57,105 nt of DNA, taken from NCBI GenBank assembly GCA_050010515.1, contig JBEKKX010000016.1, positions 1 to 57,105 on the forward strand, given 5' to 3'. This stretch comes from Candidatus Bathyarchaeia archaeon (GTDB lineage Archaea > Thermoproteota > Bathyarchaeia > Bathyarchaeales > Bathycorpusculaceae). Within the stretch, counting starts at the first letter, position 1. Each line of letters begins with the position of its first letter. Under the pieces are notes generated by a model. It did not search any database. It saw only the letters and a list, made by a program, of their open reading frames with translations, and had not been told where the DNA came from. Below, piece by piece: positions 40,485 to 50,469 of the stretch. The position numbers and the translations under genes are program-made.

Positions 40485-41039
40485 TTACTCTACTACGTAC
40501 CTGTAAGTAATGTGTACGCCTGCCGTTGTGCTTTTCCTGGTGATTTTCAGTATATCGCCTGGTTTGGCGCCGATTGCTTTAACCGCTGGGTCGCCTGATT
40601 CTATCTGCGGAATCTGGTAGGGCTTAACTCTGTATTGGGCGAGAAGCTGGTTCTTTTCTTTTTCGTTTAGGATTTCGTGGAGGGGAACTAGTGCATGCTC
40701 GAAAATGTCGAAAACTGGGAAAGACTTTGGCAGTAATTCAACTTGTTTCTTCTTTGCGCCAAGTTTAACAGCGTGTGTGTAGCGTCCTTCAGTGACTACT
40801 ATCGCGCGGTCGATTTCTTTTTCTTTCATCACTTTGTAGAGTGTGTTCATGGCTGCTATGCCGACGGTTGCTTCACCTAAAATGCACCAGACGATTGCTT
40901 TCTCTTTATCCTGTGGAATGTCGATGATATAGCTTATTTCGCCATCATATTTTTCTTTTTCAAGCAGTTTGTATTTTCTCAGTTTGATAAGGACTTCTGC
41001 CTTGCGTTCTTCAATTGTTTCTGTTTTAGTGCTCAACAT
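40485..41039 (-). CDS. rpo5: RNA polymerase subunit Rpo5/RpoH with an extra N-terminal Rpb5-jaw-like domain
   Basis: C-terminal ~75 aa are canonical (HALVPLHEIL..IPQIESGDPAVKAIGAKPGDILKITRKSTTAG..YRYVVE), preceded by a ~105-aa alpha/beta domain. Confidence 0.9.
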   Translation of the reverse strand: MLSTKTETIEERKAEVLIKLRKYKLLEKEKYDGEISYIIDIPQDKEKAIVWCILGEATVGIAAMNTLYKVMKEKEIDRAIVVTEGRYTHAVKLGAKKKQVELLPKSFPVFDIFEHALVPLHEILNEKEKNQLLAQYRVKPYQIPQIESGDPAVKAIGAKPGDILKITRKSTTAGVHITYRYVVE

Positions 41040-41115
41040 AAACCCTCAAGATGGGAATACGCGAAACCATAACAAACTATTACCCTTAAACTTTTCCCCT
41101 TAAAAAAGCGCGACG

Positions 41116-41325
41116 CTAAAGAATTTCAGGGTATGGTCTTATCTTTTCTATGGCATCGTTTGCGTTGTTATGTGGAACTGCGAGAATAATGACTTCTCCC
41201 CATTTTGCAGCGTCAGCAACTGGCTCTGCCGGGTCTCTGTGACCAAACTTTGTTTCATGTTTGCTGCTTAAGCCACTGCACAACGCACTGCCAACGTTGC
41301 CTTTTCCTATAATAGCAATTTTCAT
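41116..41325 (-). pseudogene. Truncated F420-dependent NADP oxidoreductase-like gene
   Basis: Only the Rossmann N-terminus (MKIAIIGKGNVGSAL..GEVIILAVP), 69 aa. Confidence 0.7.
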
Positions 41326-41639
41326 AATGTTGACCTCAATTAATGAGCATTGTTCTGAGGCTCATTAGAAGTTGTGACTGCATTGTGCCTACAACAAACG
41401 CTTCGATAACAAACAAAGGGGTCAAGGCTGAAACTTTAGCACTTCAAAAAAATTCGCGCTGCGCCTTTTTCAGCGTTTCATACAATTGGGAATGGCTGGA
41501 TTAAAGGGTAATTGTCCTGATTGTAATTAATACGTTGTTGGCTATGGGAGTTGCTTGCGTCCGATAATACTATGCCTTGGTCGTTGTTTGTAAGTTGTTC
41601 TTTGAAATTTTGTTACTTAAAAAAAGAAGGGGAAAGATT

Positions 41640-43289
41640 TCAGATTTTTAGCCGAAGTAATTTAGATAGCAACGTGTTGAATCGCGCCCCAGTGAATGCT
41701 AACCCAAAATTTCTGGGGAAGTTGTGGTTTGAATGTCGGGTGGGTGTTGGCCTGGTTGTTGGAACTGGTGTTGATGTTGGAGTTGGCGTTTGTGTTGGAG
41801 TCGGTGCCTTTGTCGGTGATGGTGTTGGATGTGCAGTTGACGTAGGGGTTACGACTGGTGTAGGTACTGGCGTAGGCTGCGGGGTCGGTGCAGGCGTCGG
41901 TGTTGGCTTCGCTGTAGGTGTTGGTGTTGGAGTTGGCGTCGCTGTGGGTCTTGGAGTTGGTGTTGGTGTCGCTGTTGGTGTTGGTGTGGGGGTTGTAGTG
42001 ACTCCTGTGTAAGCGTTGATGTATTCTTGTCCCATTGTGTTTGGCGTGTAGCCGCTTGTTAATAATTCTTCGCCGTCGTAAGTTGGGCCTAGTCCGCTGC
42101 TGCTTAACCAGTAGTAAGCTCCTGCGCCGATTCCCAGCGTGTCTTGGGCTTGAAGCAGCGTCTTCCACCAGTTATAATCATTTTTGACGTTGCTTGACGA
42201 TGAAAGACATGAGCCTTCCTCGTTGATTACTAATGGTGCGTTGACTCCCATGGTTTCTTCGAGTAGTTGGAGTGCGTTTTCTATTGATGTGGCGCCTTCA
42301 AACTGTGATGGATTGTTCCAGTAGGATGTTAGGTCGGAGGGTGCGTAGTAGTAGAAGTGTGTGGTGTACACTATGTTTGTTGGGTTAGATAGTGCAGTGT
42401 TTATTTGTGATGCCCAGCTTAGGTTTGAGCCCCAATCGTTGGGTTCCCATCCCTGTTGCCATTGCATCATTATCAGGTTTGTGGATCCTGTTGCCCTGAT
42501 TGCGTTGTACATTGTTGTCAAATAAGTCTTGTAGCCTTGGGGTATCGTGTTGCTGCTGGAGCCTGTGGTTGGTTCGTTCCAGGCTTCAAAGATAACGTTC
42601 GGGTAAGCTTTAAGCGCGTTAGCCATTGATGTCCAGTACTGGGTCCAGAAGTTTTGTTCTGTTAAGCCTGTGCTTGCAATGAAGCTTTTGCCTGCTGAGT
42701 CCCAATTACTCATCATTGGGAGCCCTTGCGCAGTGCTTTGGTCGGGTGTTAGGTAGGGGTCTGAACTGAACGAGCTTGAGCAGGCTGTCAGTTGGTAGGG
42801 TACTATATCTAGGTAGATGCCGTATTGTTCTGCTTCGCTGGCTAGGGTTTCAACGTAGATTTGCACGTTTTCACTGTTTGCGGTGCCGTCTGCACCGTTG
42901 AGCCACCACCATTCTGGGTAGATGAAGACGCGTATCATGTTAACGTTCCAGGTTGTTGATAGTTCCTGGAGCGTTTGGGTTACGGACGTTGACGATGCCG
43001 ATTGCCATTGGTCGCTCCAGCTGTCGCTGCCTCCTTGTCCCCAGAAAATCAGGTCCGGCGTCATTCCAGCTACGCCTATGCCGCGTAGATAGACTGCGTT
43101 GTTGTTTGAGTCAAGTATCTGGTCTCCCGAAGTATGCAGTGCAAGCGTTGTTGTGGCTTGAACTCCGTTTGATGCGAAAACTGTCAGCATGCTTATGACG
43201 AAGATTGCGATGATGCATAGACCCGCTGGTTTTGCGAGCTTCCTGAAGTTTATGGAGTGCAGTATGTTCCCTAAGTTGTTTGTTTTCAT
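41640..43289 (-). CDS. Exported glycoside hydrolase family 5 (cellulase-like) with Pro/Thr linker
   Basis: Signal/TM helix; [24 protein letters not shown] (acid/base), YTTHFY, INEEG (nucleophile). Confidence 0.85.
   Translation of the reverse strand: MKTNNLGNILHSINFRKLAKPAGLCIIAIFVISMLTVFASNGVQATTTLALHTSGDQILDSNNNAVYLRGIGVAGMTPDLIFWGQGGSDSWSDQWQSASSTSVTQTLQELSTTWNVNMIRVFIYPEWWWLNGADGTANSENVQIYVETLASEAEQYGIYLDIVPYQLTACSSSFSSDPYLTPDQSTAQGLPMMSNWDSAGKSFIASTGLTEQNFWTQYWTSMANALKAYPNVIFEAWNEPTTGSSSNTIPQGYKTYLTTMYNAIRATGSTNLIMMQWQQGWEPNDWGSNLSWASQINTALSNPTNIVYTTHFYYYAPSDLTSYWNNPSQFEGATSIENALQLLEETMGVNAPLVINEEGSCLSSSSNVKNDYNWWKTLLQAQDTLGIGAGAYYWLSSSGLGPTYDGEELLTSGYTPNTMGQEYINAYTGVTTTPTPTPTATPTPTPRPTATPTPTPTPTAKPTPTPAPTPQPTPVPTPVVTPTSTAHPTPSPTKAPTPTQTPTPTSTPVPTTRPTPTRHSNHNFPRNFGLAFTGARFNTLLSKLLRLKI
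41740..42005 (-). repeat. Low-complexity (TP)n linker repeats
   Basis: GTTGGT/GTTGGA hexamer repeats encoding [10 protein letters not shown]. Confidence 0.85.
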
Positions 43290-43351
43290 TTCTCTCTCTC
43301 TTCCTGAATTCTGAAAGCCTACTATCGGTTGATTCTATATTAGAGGTTTTT

Positions 43352-43433
43352 GCAAAGTCAATTCATATCATTAGTTAACTTTGGCGAAAGTTTTGCGAAG
43401 TCAACTTGACAAAGTTTGCCAAGTTAACTTTGC
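43352..43433. promoter_or_regulatory. Array of palindromic operator-like sites (consensus GCAAAGTTAACTTTGC) upstream of GH5
   Basis: Imperfect copies at 43352, 43369, 43395 and 43418. Confidence 0.55.
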
Positions 43434-43705
43434 ATGCATTAAGCCATTCTCATTTTCCGCTTTTATCCCTGCGTTGCCAAGAACAACCGACAAAATATTC
43501 AACGTCAAAATGCGAACTTTACTCAAGAACTAAGGCTTGGAAAGAGTGACAGCAGCCAGAAAATTCAACAACCCACGCTTAAAAAAATTACGTTCATAGC
43601 CTTCTGCCGCTGGAAAGACAAAAAGCTCTATAAAAAAGGAAATAACTACTTACGGTTCGTCCAAAAAGACTGGATGTTCGGTGGAACAGTTTGGTTAATG
43701 ATGGT

Positions 43706-45790
43706 TTATCCAGTAGTATACGGTTTGCCATCAACTATGTTTGACGTGTCAATGTTATTTGGAAAAGCGGGTTGCACTATAATGTTGTATACGTTGCTAT
43801 TGATGTCGTTGCCTTTGAGCGTATTGCCGAATGAATTATCCAGCACTATGCCTTCATAATTATTATTGATAATGTTGCTGGTTACTATAGAGTTTTTAAC
43901 GTAAGCGAGAAGCAAACCCTCATAATTATCAGATAAATTCAGGTTTTGCACCGTGGCGTCAGTGCAGTTTATCAGTGCAATGAATCCGGCGTTGGATGGA
44001 GCCGTCATATTGCTTTTGTTTACCCAATAGTAAATTGGCTTTCCATTAACGCTGTTCGAAGTATCAACGTTGTTTATGTAATTCGTGATGTTGCTTGCTG
44101 AGACGCCGAAATTGAACTTGTTGTTAGACATAGCGTTGTTTCTGAGTACGTTGTTAAATGAATCATTTAAGAAAATTCCGTTATAGCTGTTGGTGACTGT
44201 GTTTCCTATTAGGCTACAGTTATATGCGTTATCGAGAAGGATTCCTTCGCCCGTTCCAGATAAGAAGTTGCCGCCGTTTTGCACTGTGAAGCCAGTCACG
44301 GTTACGTTGTCGCTGATTATGGTTAGTGCCGTGCCGTTTTTTGCGCCATCTATTATTGTAGTATCTTTATTTTGGCTGATTAATGAGACAGGTTTGGTCA
44401 TTACGATATTTTCTTGGTATGTTCCAGGCTTAACTAAAATGGTGTCTCCTGCGTAGGTTGCGAAGGAAGCTATTGCCTCTTGGATACTGTTGTATCCTAA
44501 TCCATTGTTAAGGTCTATTACTGGATAGTTCGTGTTGGTTTCGAAACTATTGTATCCTAATCCAATGTTAAGGTCTATTATTGGATAATTGATGTTTGTT
44601 TCGAAGTCCTTCGGCCAGTAAAGGATTTCGCTGTATTTGCTTTGGATTGAACTCTGGAACTGTGGGTCGCTATAGACTATATCTATGCTTGACTTGTACT
44701 GGTTAATGAGGCTTGTAACGTCGCTGTACATTTTTTGAGTCCAATAGTCCGCTTGGTGATACTGCCACACAGAATCATCAGGGCTACGGAATCCAAAGCC
44801 ATAATCTTGCGGAAGAACCACTGCGTTGTCTGCCTTGAGACTGCCATGTTTGTCAGGGTTTTGCTGCACGTAACTCCAGAACTCCTTTAGGGCGTTGAAA
44901 TGGTCTTGCGTTAATGTAGTGCTTGTGTAATTTTGTGATGAGTCGTAGACAGCTATGAAGCTTGCGCCTGAATCGTAAGCTAAAACCATATCATTGTACA
45001 TTTGAGCTCCCGACTCCAAGTACGGCGGCTGATTGTATGTCCAAGTTATTATGGCACCCCAATTTTTGTTTTGGGCTTCCGCCGCGCCTCTAACCAGAGC
45101 TATTTGTAACGGTCTGCTGTTATTCCAGCCAAACTGGGCTAAAACTGTATCATACCCAAGTTCATAGTCAAACCAGTATAAGGCATAGTCTGAAGTAAAC
45201 AATGAAGAACCTAAGCTATGCATCAAGTTGGCGGCTTCTGGTACGCCGTCACCTTGTGTCCATATCCGAAAGTACCAATTAGCGTAATCCAGGTAACTAG
45301 TCGGTGTAGTTGTAGCATTGAAAATGTTATTAGAAGTCAAATTGATGGTCTCGTCTAGTTGGCTTCCAGCCGGTTCATCATAAAAATAAATTCCCAGTAA
45401 CTTGTCGCCATATCGCTCTTTTGCTGTTGTGAACCATATGGATGGAGTGTAACCGATGCTTGTGCCATTGTTTATGTCTTGATAGTAAGCGGGCATGAAA
45501 TACATGCCTGCGTTATAGGCGTAGTCGCATGTCTCGTTAAGAAATGCCTCACCGCTTAGAATAAGCGGTGAGGCGATAATGAAAAGATTAGTGTAATTCT
45601 TAACTTTATCAATCAATGCTTTGCAGTCACTAACGGTGCTATTCCACCCTGTTTCAATTCCTACGAAGAAAGGCTCAGATGAACCTGAGGCTTGCTTTGC
45701 TGGAACACGCAAGTTATCCAAAGCTACAAAGAAAGATACAACTAATAGCACGACTAGCACCGTAGCTATCAGGATCTTTCTGAGCTTCAA
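43706..45790 (-). CDS. Exported protein: TIM-barrel-like N-terminal domain plus CASH/NosD beta-helix
   Basis: N-terminal TM; GIYFYDEP, FTSDYALYWFDY; YNSIQEAI..GDTILVKPGTYQE; Asn-rich beta-helix repeats. Confidence 0.8.
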   Translation of the reverse strand: MKLRKILIATVLVVLLVVSFFVALDNLRVPAKQASGSSEPFFVGIETGWNSTVSDCKALIDKVKNYTNLFIIASPLILSGEAFLNETCDYAYNAGMYFMPAYYQDINNGTSIGYTPSIWFTTAKERYGDKLLGIYFYDEPAGSQLDETINLTSNNIFNATTTPTSYLDYANWYFRIWTQGDGVPEAANLMHSLGSSLFTSDYALYWFDYELGYDTVLAQFGWNNSRPLQIALVRGAAEAQNKNWGAIITWTYNQPPYLESGAQMYNDMVLAYDSGASFIAVYDSSQNYTSTTLTQDHFNALKEFWSYVQQNPDKHGSLKADNAVVLPQDYGFGFRSPDDSVWQYHQADYWTQKMYSDVTSLINQYKSSIDIVYSDPQFQSSIQSKYSEILYWPKDFETNINYPIIDLNIGLGYNSFETNTNYPVIDLNNGLGYNSIQEAIASFATYAGDTILVKPGTYQENIVMTKPVSLISQNKDTTIIDGAKNGTALTIISDNVTVTGFTVQNGGNFLSGTGEGILLDNAYNCSLIGNTVTNSYNGIFLNDSFNNVLRNNAMSNNKFNFGVSASNITNYINNVDTSNSVNGKPIYYWVNKSNMTAPSNAGFIALINCTDATVQNLNLSDNYEGLLLAYVKNSIVTSNIINNNYEGIVLDNSFGNTLKGNDINSNVYNIIVQPAFPNNIDTSNIVDGKPYTTG
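44486..44605 (-). repeat. In-frame 60-bp tandem duplication
   Basis: FETNINYPIIDLNIGLGYNS / FETNTNYPVIDLNNGLGYNS at the domain junction. Confidence 0.9.
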
Positions 45791-46023
45791 AGTTACTTGT
45801 CTCCGGTCAACTTACTTATTAAGCCATTCTCCGCAACTTATTAAATTCTATTTTTTAGAACGTGCCGTTCAAGGTTTTTGAACTATCAAGCAGATTCACT
45901 TTACGACTAGTAGCCATAAATGCACTTTCTCAAGCCCAACCATACTTTTGGATTTAGCGGTAGTATCTTTGTCTGTCATGGGCACTCTTCCTTTTTTTTC
46001 AGACATTTTAATCACAAAATCCT

Positions 46024-46617
46024 TTAAAATGAAAATGCAGTAATTAGACTTAGTTTTTTTATAAGCCAAGCCATGTTCCGTCCTAAGTCATCCATTGTTT
46101 TCATGCCTTCTTCGTCTTTTTCAACTTCGCCCTTGTTGTTTCCAATGCCAATGTTCCAGTACGAGGAGCCTGAGATAATCATCTGGTTAATCAAGAAGAA
46201 GTGGTTTATAGCGTCGAAGGTTGTCATTCCGCCCGCGCGCCTGACAGCAACGACTGCGGCTCCGGCTTTGTACTTTAGCATATCAGGGTTGGCTCTAGCT
46301 ACGAAGCCTGCGCGGTCGATGAGCGCCTTCATTTCAGGCGACATCATGCCAAAGTATGTGGGAGAACCCAAGATTATGCCATCAGCCTCAACCATCTTTT
46401 GGATGTATGCGTTAACGTTGTCATCTGAAATTACACAGCGCTGATTCTTTGTTTCGAAGCAGGCTCTGCAGGCTGTGCAGCCCCTGATTTGCTCGCCAGC
46501 AAGCTGGATTAGTTCAGTTTCTATGCCTTCTGCTTCAAGTGCTTTGAGCACGCGTTTTAGGAGTATGGCTGTGTTCCCATCTTTCCGTGCGCTTCCATTA
46601 AAAGCAACAACCTTCAT
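46024..46617 (-). CDS. Iron-sulfur flavoprotein (Isf)/NADPH-dependent FMN reductase family
   Basis: [31 protein letters not shown]. Confidence 0.88.
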   Translation of the reverse strand: MKVVAFNGSARKDGNTAILLKRVLKALEAEGIETELIQLAGEQIRGCTACRACFETKNQRCVISDDNVNAYIQKMVEADGIILGSPTYFGMMSPEMKALIDRAGFVARANPDMLKYKAGAAVVAVRRAGGMTTFDAINHFFLINQMIISGSSYWNIGIGNNKGEVEKDEEGMKTMDDLGRNMAWLIKKLSLITAFSF

Positions 46618-46916
46618 TTTGAAAACCTCTAAATTATATCTCTAAAAGTTGAGATAAAAAAGTATTGTTAGAAGAATCAAAACTGAGCTAAAAAGAAAAA
46701 TTATGCAAACAACTGCCGCTACTACACGAAACCTGTTCATGTGAACAAGCACCATTAAGTCCTTTAGCGCTAAATAACTATTAAAGGTCTTTTGCTGTCG
46801 GGATAATGTTACGTTAGAGTTTGGTAAATATAGTTAAATATGCGGGCTAAAGTCGCCTGTGTTGTTTCACCTAATCGTTCGATAGAAGTCTTGTTTTGTT
46901 ACTTTTGGGGCAGGCG

Positions 46917-48200
46917 TTAGTCCAGGTTGTATGCCTCTTCTCCGTGTTGGCTAAGGTCTAAGCCGTCTTCTTCTTCTTTAGGACTCACTCTTAGCGGCGA
47001 GAAGAAATCTACTACTTTCAGAAGCGCGTAAGAACCGCAAAATGCAAAGGCAACCACGACTAATACGGCGAACACTTGTATGCCGAGTTGGGCAGGGTTG
47101 CCGTAGAATAATCCTTGCACGGCGGGATTAACTGCGGCGGTTGCGAATAAGCCTATTGCTACTGCGCCGATGATGCCGCCGATTCCGTGGCAGGCGAAAA
47201 CGTCTAATGTGTCATCTATTCTTGATCTGCCGGCTCGCCAGTTAGCCACCAAGTTGCAAACTATCCCTGCGACCAAACCAATAATCACTGCTGCAGTGAA
47301 ATTAACGTAGCCTGCAGCGGCTGTAATAGCTGCCAAACCGCATACCGCACCCACTGCAATGCCTATTGCTGAAGGCTTACCTTTGATTAACCAGTCCATT
47401 ATCATCCAGCTTACGGCTGCGGCGGCGGCTGCCAAGTTGGTTGCTACAACGGCAGAGACAGCAATGTTGTTGGCTGCTAATGCGCTGCCACCGTTGAAGC
47501 CAAACCAGCCGAACCACAGTAAGCCTGCGCCTAAAATCACAAAGGGAATGTTGGTTGGTTTAAACTCGGTTGCTGCTGGTACTGGTTTACTTGCGCCTTT
47601 TTGGTCTAAAGCTTTAAGCTGGTCTTTCCAGTAAACGTAGCCTTTTCTTCTGCCAACAACAAGCGCCGCTGCTAATGCCGATAATCCTGCAACTGTGTGT
47701 ACAACTATGCCGCCTGCAAAATCCGCTGCACCCAAGACGTGTAACCATCCGCTGGGGTTCCACATCCAGCAAGCGATGGGTGAGTAAATGAAGGTGGACC
47801 ACAAAACGACGAAGATGAGGAGTGATTTGAATCGGATTCTTTCTGCGCATGCGCCTATGATTAGTGCTGGTGTGATTGCGGCAAACTTAAGCTGAAACGC
47901 GAAGAATAGTATTGTTGGAATGGCTGGCGCGTTAGGGCTAACGGTATTTATGGTTATGCCGTTTAATCCGACGAGAGATAGGTTACCTATTATTCCATCT
48001 ATGCTTGGTCCATAAACGAGGCTATAGCCCCAAAAGAACCAAACTAGACTGACCACTGCAAAAATGATGATGCATTGAACTAGCGTCGAGACAAGGTTCT
48101 TTCTTCGGACTAAGCCGCCGTAAAAGAAAGCTAAGGCTGGCGTCATTAGCATTACAAGAGCTGTTGACATTAGAACCCAAGCGATGTCTGCTGCTCCCAC
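46917..48200 (-). CDS. amt: Ammonium transporter (copy 2)
   Basis: DFAGGIVVH, WFGWFGFNGGS, DDTLDVFACHG, GLDLSQHGE. Start at GTG 48200 by alignment with copy 1. Confidence 0.93.
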   Translation of the reverse strand: MGAADIAWVLMSTALVMLMTPALAFFYGGLVRRKNLVSTLVQCIIIFAVVSLVWFFWGYSLVYGPSIDGIIGNLSLVGLNGITINTVSPNAPAIPTILFFAFQLKFAAITPALIIGACAERIRFKSLLIFVVLWSTFIYSPIACWMWNPSGWLHVLGAADFAGGIVVHTVAGLSALAAALVVGRRKGYVYWKDQLKALDQKGASKPVPAATEFKPTNIPFVILGAGLLWFGWFGFNGGSALAANNIAVSAVVATNLAAAAAAVSWMIMDWLIKGKPSAIGIAVGAVCGLAAITAAAGYVNFTAAVIIGLVAGIVCNLVANWRAGRSRIDDTLDVFACHGIGGIIGAVAIGLFATAAVNPAVQGLFYGNPAQLGIQVFAVLVVVAFAFCGSYALLKVVDFFSPLRVSPKEEEDGLDLSQHGEEAYNLD

Positions 48201-48323
48201 GTTTGTTCCCTCTATAGCGTTATTACAGCTTATTTGTTCTTCTTTCTTGGTAAAACTAATATTTAAATTATGCATTCGCATTGATTATTAGGCTAAATAT
48301 TGATGAATGTCCAATTAACCGCT

Positions 48324-48357
48324 TGTAATCCTGATATTCATGTAATCCTGATATTCA
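48324..48357. repeat. Perfect 17-bp direct repeat in the amt promoter region
   Basis: TGTAATCCTGATATTCA x2. Confidence 0.85.
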
Positions 48358-48497
48358 TAAACATTTAGCTAAAAAAAGTTTGGTAATCGTAAAATTGTCC
48401 AAAAAAATGGCGTTAATGCAATAACTTGTCAAATAGCCTGTTAACCCTAAAGGTTTCAGCTAATACAAAACAGAGAAAAAAGAGCCTTGGTTCTGCT

Positions 48498-49769
48498 CTA
48501 ATCTAGTTGAAAGGCCTCTTCGCCATGTTCGGCTAGGTCTAAACCTGCATCTTCTGCTTCCTCGCTAACACGTAGTGGCGAGAACACGTTCACCAATTTC
48601 AGCAGTAAATAGGAACCGAAGAATGCAAACGGCACCACCACGCCAATTGCTACTAACTGAGCAACCAGTTGGCCTGGGTTTCCGAAGAATAAACCGCTTG
48701 CACCGTTTATCGCTGCTGATGCAAATAAGCCTGTTGCAATTGAACCCCAAATTCCGCCGACGCCATGGCATGCAAACACATCCAGTGCATCGTCTATTCG
48801 TGATCTGCCTGCTCTCCAGTTAGCCACCAAGTTGCAGATAACTCCCGCTACTAAACCAATTATTAATGCTGACGGTACGTTGACGTAGCCTGCTGCAGGC
48901 GTAATTGCAACTAATCCAACAACGGCACCAGCAGCGATACCTACTGCTGATGGTTTCCCTTTAATTACCCAGTCGGCAAGCATCCAGCTTATAGAGGCAG
49001 CCGCTGCTGCTAAGTTTGTAACTACAAGCGCTGAGACAGCTAAGTCGTTTGCGGCTAATGCACTGCCAGCATTGAAGCCAAACCAGCCAAACCACAGTAA
49101 CGCTGCGCCTAACAATACATATGGAATGTTGGTTGGTTTGAATTCTGCTGCATGGTTTTTTTGATCCAAAGATTTCATATGATTCTGCCATGGGACCGCG
49201 CATCCTTTTCTTCTGCCTACCACAACCGCTGCTGCTAACGCTGAAATGCCTGCTGAAATGTGTACTACTATGCCTCCTGCAAAGTCAATGGCGCCAAAGG
49301 CGTGAAGCCAACCGGTTGGATTCCATACCCAGCAGGCTATCGGTGCATAGATAAGTGTAGACCAGAGTACCATGAAGATAAGTAGTGACTTGAATCTGAT
49401 TCTTTCTGCGCATGCTCCTATGATTAGTGCTGGTGTGATGGCTGCGAACTTGAGCTGGAATGCGAATTGTAATAGTTGAGGAATTTGCGGCGCAAGTGCA
49501 GTGTTAACCGTATTAATGCTTAGGTTACTCATACCTAGTAAGCTTGGGCTCCAGCCAATCAAGCCGTTAACGCTTGTGCCGAACACAAGGCAGTAGCCCC
49601 AAAGTGCCCAGACTATGCTTACGACTGCGAATATTACGAAGCATTGAACAATGGTTGATACCAAGTTTTTCCTTCGCACAAGGCCTCCATAGAAGAATCC
49701 TAATGCTGGTGTCATCAGCATGACTAGTGCTGTTGCCGTTAGGACCCATGCTATGTCTCCTGCCGCCAT
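48498..49769 (-). CDS. amt: Ammonium transporter (copy 1)
   Basis: DFAGGIVVH, WFGWFGFNAGS, DDALDVFACHG, GLDLAEHGE. Confidence 0.95.
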   Translation of the reverse strand: MAAGDIAWVLTATALVMLMTPALGFFYGGLVRRKNLVSTIVQCFVIFAVVSIVWALWGYCLVFGTSVNGLIGWSPSLLGMSNLSINTVNTALAPQIPQLLQFAFQLKFAAITPALIIGACAERIRFKSLLIFMVLWSTLIYAPIACWVWNPTGWLHAFGAIDFAGGIVVHISAGISALAAAVVVGRRKGCAVPWQNHMKSLDQKNHAAEFKPTNIPYVLLGAALLWFGWFGFNAGSALAANDLAVSALVVTNLAAAAASISWMLADWVIKGKPSAVGIAAGAVVGLVAITPAAGYVNVPSALIIGLVAGVICNLVANWRAGRSRIDDALDVFACHGVGGIWGSIATGLFASAAINGASGLFFGNPGQLVAQLVAIGVVVPFAFFGSYLLLKLVNVFSPLRVSEEAEDAGLDLAEHGEEAFQLD

Positions 49770-50260
49770 TTTTTATTTTGCCTCTTTTGACATTTGTTTA
49801 CTTGTTTATTTTTTACCTCTACACCTATCGTCTGGTTATATTTAAAATATACGCATATGAAACACATTGATGCTTAATTATGTGCGTTTGTTGATTATAT
49901 CAAGTATAACATAAATGTTCATCCAATTTTTCACCTAAATATATCCTGATAATAAAAAATCGTTCAAAATTAAGCATATAATTGAAAGTTTCTAAGCTAT
50001 GGAAATAGGGAAGTTTCTGCATACCTTGCACAAATTTACAGGTTTAAGTTAAAATGCTGATAAAAAACTGAATAACAATCGGTACAAGAAACCCATTAGC
50101 ATATTAAAAACCAAGCACCCAACTGTTTCACAATCTGTTAACTAAAGGGACATGAACCTCTTAACGACGCTTTGGTCAACCTCGGTTCTTTTACCAGTTT
50201 GTCAATTGTTTTGATTGAATTTAACACTGTTTTGGTTTTCGCTCTGGGCACAACTTATTT

Positions 50261-50334
50261 TCAGCGCTTGCGCATCTTGAAGTAGACCAACAAACCAGCA
50301 ACCAACAACCAATGCTGATGCTCCTGAAGCGCGC
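50261..50334 (-). pseudogene. Isolated C-terminal membrane-anchor remnant of a surface protein
   Basis: ASGASALVV / VAGLLVYFKMRKR* with one frameshift, beginning exactly at GCGCGC 50329-50334. Confidence 0.55.
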
Positions 50335-50469
50335 TAAGACACAGCCTCTTTAACCGAAAAGATTAAAAGAGATATGTGAATTTCGTGATTCAATAGCTTG
50401 GCGCGCTATGAAAGACCAAGGTAACACCAAAAAAGGCAACAAGAAAGAAGCCCCAACAGGTGTTATGAC

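Noticed and set aside
41740-42005. Regular GTTGGT/GTTGGA repeats as a CRISPR-like array, and the antisense VGVG ORF 41551-42012
   Set aside because: They encode the in-frame Pro/Thr linker of GH5; there are no spacers.
49985-50020. GGAAATAGGGAAGTTTC as an NrpR operator
   Set aside because: Does not fit GGAA-N6-TTCC.
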